Shown in pieces: positions 60,287 through 64,000 of a stretch of DNA of 64,000 bases. The notes below the pieces were generated by a model. That model did no database searches and was not told the DNA's origin. It worked only from the letters and a program-made list of their open reading frames with translations. The stretch comes from an uncultured delta proteobacterium (lineage in GTDB: Bacteria; Desulfobacterota; Binatia; UBA9968), in contig CAVXEP010000002.1 in NCBI GenBank assembly GCA_963760795.1, forward strand, positions 32,001 to 96,000, given 5' to 3'. Position numbers and translations under genes: made by a program. Numbering within the stretch: the stretch's first letter is position 1; the number at the start of each line of letters is the position of its first letter.

Positions 60287-61369
60287 ATGACCGAACCAAA
60301 AATTTCCACCGAATCGATTACGCCAAAAAGCAGCTCCTACAAAAAGTGGGTCGAGAGCGAAGGCATACCGCTGGTCGAGAGTTTCTTCATCGACGATATC
60401 GCCCAGGTACCGTTGGAACCCTGGAAACGCACCGGCGGCCTGGGCGTGCGCTTGTGTTTGGCCGGCACCGGCGAAACCAACGACGCCTATATCTGCGAGA
60501 TTCCTGCCCGGTAAATCCTTGGCGCCGGAAAAACATATGTACGAGGAGTTGATCTACGTCATCAGCGGCCGCGGCGCGGCGACGATTTGGAACGAAGGCG
60601 AGCCCAAGCGCACGTTTGAATGGCAGGAAGGCTCGCTATTCTCGCCGCCGCTCAATTCCTGGCACGAGATTTTTAATGGCAATGGCAGCGAGCCGGCGCG
60701 CTTTCTCGCCGTCACCAGCGCGCCCTGCATGATCAACCTGATTCACAACACCGATTTCATTTTCAATTGTCCGTACGTCTTCAGTGACCGTTACCACTCC
60801 CAGGAAGATTACTTCGGCAATCCCGGCACCTGGTATTCCGGCCGCACCTGGAACACCAACTTCGTCGCCGATGTGAAGAATTTGAAACTCTTAGAATGGA
60901 AGGAGCGCGGCGGCGGCGGCTCGCAGGTGCGCTTGGAACTGTCGGAGAACACCTCTGCGGCCATATCTCGCAGTTCGCCGTCGGCAGCTACAAGAAAGCC
61001 CACTTCCACGGCCCCGGCGCCCATGTGATCATCCTCGCCGGCAACGGCTATTCGCTACTCTGGCCGCGCGGACAAGAGATCAAACGCTTCGATTGGCACC
61101 CCGGCAGCCTGGTCGTGCCACCGGGCGGCTGGTTTCACCAACATTTTAATTCTGGCTCGGTTCCCGTGCGCTATTTGGCGCTGCGTTGGGGCAGCCAGAA
61201 ATATCACGAGATGTGGGGCGAAGGCCGCGGCAAAGCCGACGTCGACGTCAAACTCGGCGGCAATCAAATCGAGTATGAAGACGAAGATTTGCTCGTCCGT
61301 AAGATGTTCGGCGAAGCGTGCGAAAAGGCCGGCGTCGACAATTTGATGGCGCGATACTATCTGAAATAG
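60287..61369 (+). CDS. Bicupin protein (compensating frameshifts near 60510 and 60955)
   Basis: Three ORF pieces colinear with the 29385 and 58039 paralogs; KKAHFHGPG..WFHQHFN. Confidence 0.82.
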
Positions 61370-61402
61370 CCGATAGAATCTTGCTAATGGGAGAAACACT
61401 CA

Positions 61403-62521
61403 ATGGCCGATCTCGCTGACCTGTTTCGCACCGGACCGAACACGCTTGGCGGGCGCTACATGCGCACGCTCTGGCATCCGATTTTCATCGCGGCGGAGCT
61501 GAAACCGGGCTGGGCCAAGCCGGTACAGATCCTCGGCGAAAAGTTTACGCTCTATCGCGGCGAGAGCGGCACGCCCCATCTGACCGCGTTTCGCTGCGCC
61601 CATCGCGGACTGCAACTGTCGGTCGGCTGGATCGAGGGCGACTGCATTCGCTGCCGCTTTCACGGCTGGAAATACGACGGCAGCGGTCAATGCGTCGAAG
61701 TGCCGACTGAAGATGAATCGACGGCGAAAACCGTGCGGTTGCGCACCTATCCGGTGCGCGAATACTTGGGGCTGATCTTCGCTTACATCGGCGAGGGTGA
61801 CGCGCCCGAATTTCCCCGCTACCCGGATTTCGAATCCGGCGGCGAGCTCTGGGTCGAGGCCTACACGCGCGCCTGTAATTTCGTCATCAACATGGAAAAC
61901 GATCCGGTGCATATCCCCTTCGCGCACCGCGAGTCCGAACTGTTCGCCAATAAGCCCGTCGAAATACCGGTGAAGGTCGACGCCGAAGAAACCGACTGGG
62001 GCATCGATATCCGCTCGACGTTTGCCAATGGCTGGGTGCACACCAATCAGCGCGGCTGGCCGAACATGACCTGCTTCAAATCGCCGCGCCAGCAACACCG
62101 CAGCCATTTGACCTGGCGCGTGCCGATCGACGATGACAATCACTGGAGCTTTCAAGTCGATATCATGTACGACACCGCCGGCCCGGAAAAGATGAAGCAA
62201 TATCGCCTGCGTCACGCCGCCCGCGGCGGCAAGGTCGGCCGGTCGTATATCGAACTCGGCGAAGCGATCCTGCGCGGCGAGCTGCGCATTCAAGACATCG
62301 ACGGCGACGATAAGGCGAACATGATCTGGATCCAAGATTACGTTACCCAGGTTGGTCAAGGGCCGTTGTCGGAGCGCAAGAGCGAACGCTTGATTCGCGC
62401 CGACGTGGGGCTGCTGCTCTATCGAAAACTCTGGGAACGAGAAGTCATGGCGCATGCCGAAGGGCGTCCGTTGAAGCAGTGGTATCGTTCGGAAGCGGTC
62501 ATCGACAGCGAAGATGAGTGA
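61403..62521 (+). CDS. Rieske non-heme iron oxygenase
   Basis: CAH..CRFHGW, DPVHIPFAH, QD motifs. Confidence 0.88.
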   Translation: MADLADLFRTGPNTLGGRYMRTLWHPIFIAAELKPGWAKPVQILGEKFTLYRGESGTPHLTAFRCAHRGLQLSVGWIEGDCIRCRFHGWKYDGSGQCVEVPTEDESTAKTVRLRTYPVREYLGLIFAYIGEGDAPEFPRYPDFESGGELWVEAYTRACNFVINMENDPVHIPFAHRESELFANKPVEIPVKVDAEETDWGIDIRSTFANGWVHTNQRGWPNMTCFKSPRQQHRSHLTWRVPIDDDNHWSFQVDIMYDTAGPEKMKQYRLRHAARGGKVGRSYIELGEAILRGELRIQDIDGDDKANMIWIQDYVTQVGQGPLSERKSERLIRADVGLLLYRKLWEREVMAHAEGRPLKQWYRSEAVIDSEDE

Positions 62522-62527
62522 CAAATA

Positions 62528-62606
62528 CGTCGTTCCCGCGCCCGCGGGAATCCAGATCTATGGGCACACGGAAACGAAGATGGATACCGGCCTGCGCCGG
62601 TATGAC
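62528..62606. repeat. GTCGTTCCCGC..GGAATCCAG / TGGAT..CCGGTATGAC element
   Basis: Homologous to 32467-32547. Confidence 0.72.
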
Positions 62607-62715
62607 GGACGGAGATTGTCCCGAACACGGACAAGGAACGGGTAACGGAGAGTACTTTCCGACGAGGTGATATTCGGAGCCGGTTTGCGTAAATCTATTT
62701 CTCGGTAGAACAACG

Positions 62716-63313
62716 CTAACGCTTGAATCCACCGACGATGGCGCGCTTGCCGCCATCCCAGAAGCGCTGGACATCTGCGAATCCCGCCCGGCGCAGCCAT
62801 TGTCAACTGTTCAGCTACCGAGGGTGTCATGCGATCGAGATTCAAGAAGCAGCCGCCGGGCTTCACTAACGAAAAAGTCTCCGCATAAATCGACCGAATG
62901 ATGTCATGTTCGCGAACATTGTGAATGGCGATGGACGAGACTACAGCGTCGAATGGCCCTTTGAGCTTCTTGCTCCAGCCGGTTTTGCTCAGATCGCATT
63001 GCACGAACTTCACCCGTCCCTTTAACTTCGCCAAGCGCTTGCGTCCAAGGGCGAGCATCTCAGCCGAACCGTCGTGGCAGACCGCCTTGGCGTTGGGAAA
63101 TTCACCGAGAAGAAAACTAGTCAACGCGCCATAGCCGGCGCCGATATCCAAGATGGTGATCTTGGCGCTCGGCTCGAACGGCAAACTGTCGGCTAGTACT
63201 TTGAACGCATCCTGCCGATCGGCTTCTTTTGTATCCTGCCGATTGGCCCACTGCTCGACATAGTCGCGCGCCGCCCAATCGTGATGATCCCAAGGATCGG
63301 TGATTTTCGCCAT
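62716..63313 (-). CDS. Class I SAM-dependent methyltransferase (frameshift near 62802)
   Basis: LDIGAGYG, FDAVVSSIAIH, KPGG; the corrected tail is QWLRRAGF..GGFKR-stop. Confidence 0.85.
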
Positions 63314-63396
63314 GACGCAATCCATATCGAATCACTTGTGCGCCTGTCAAATTATTGTAGCATCGAACCCACATTCGCATTGAAGGAGTTGGCCTC

Positions 63397-64000
63397 ATGA
63401 AATTACAAAACCAAGTAGCCCTGATCATCGGCGGCGCGCGCGGCATCGGCGAAACCATCGCCCACACTTTTTCTAAGGAAGGCGCGAGCCTCGTCCTGGT
63501 CGATCTTGAAAAGATGAAAACCGAACTCGACGCGGTGGCGCAGGCGGTCAATCAAAACGGCGGCAAAGCCGTCGCCATCACCGCCGACTGCAGCGACGAC
63601 CGGCAGGTAAACAACTTGGTCGACGAAACCGTGCGCCGCTTCGGCAAGATCGATGTGCTGGTCAACAGCGCCGGTTTTCGCGGTCCATTGGTGGCGGTGA
63701 CCGAGATCAGCGACAAAGAATTCGACGACGTGATTCTTTACAATTTGAAGCTGGTATTTCTCTGCTGCCGCGCGGTCTTGAAACAAATGGTCAAGCAGAA
63801 GAGCGGCAGCATCGTCAGCATCTCCGGCACCGCCGGCCGCGAAGGCATGGCGATGCGCGGCTCGCTGTGCGCCGCCAAATGGGGCGTGGTCGGCCTGACG
63901 CAGACTATCGCCAAGGAGTACGGCCCGCACGGCATCCGCGCCAACATCATCTGCCCCGGCGGCATGGACGAACCCGACCTGCGCGAAATGTACGCCCAGC
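63397..64000 (+). CDS. Short-chain dehydrogenase/reductase (runs off the window end)
   Basis: MKLQNQVALIIGGARGIG, VNSAG, LCAAK (Tyr absent), GIRANIICPG; RBS aaggag. Confidence 0.85.
   Translation, partial: MKLQNQVALIIGGARGIGETIAHTFSKEGASLVLVDLEKMKTELDAVAQAVNQNGGKAVAITADCSDDRQVNNLVDETVRRFGKIDVLVNSAGFRGPLVAVTEISDKEFDDVILYNLKLVFLCCRAVLKQMVKQKSGSIVSISGTAGREGMAMRGSLCAAKWGVVGLTQTIAKEYGPHGIRANIICPGGMDEPDLREMYAQ

Overview
GC-rich bacterial chromosomal window. The gene repertoire (expanded TctC, NMT1-like and Fe-type solute-binding proteins, DxH amidohydrolases, bicupins, hydantoinase/oxoprolinases, carD-ispD) suggests a Binatota/deltaproteobacteria-like organism, but this is inference only. Layout: 1-37 kb is accessory catabolic and transport genes (Rieske oxygenase, hydantoinase A plus two B subunits, AOR, two ThDP enzymes, four amidohydrolases, cupins, a heme-oxygenase-like diiron protein, orphan binding proteins). 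37-51 kb is mostly housekeeping (GT9, cysK, larE, ispD, carD, rimI, a ferredoxin fusion, tRNA-Cys followed by an integrase/hicA scar, grxC, coaE, efp, gdh, HIT, two Rieske proteins, cysQ-like, pncA). 51-64 kb holds more catabolic genes, including an nahE-like aldolase/cupin/Rieske operon. About 13 genes are split by 1-bp indels, most likely long-read errors. The most unusual non-coding signal is a dense set of intergenic 7/8/9-bp-period palindromic repeats, many carrying a TCCGAA core, plus a 23-25 bp module nested inside three different REP-like families. All protein calls come from motif recognition; no database searches were run.
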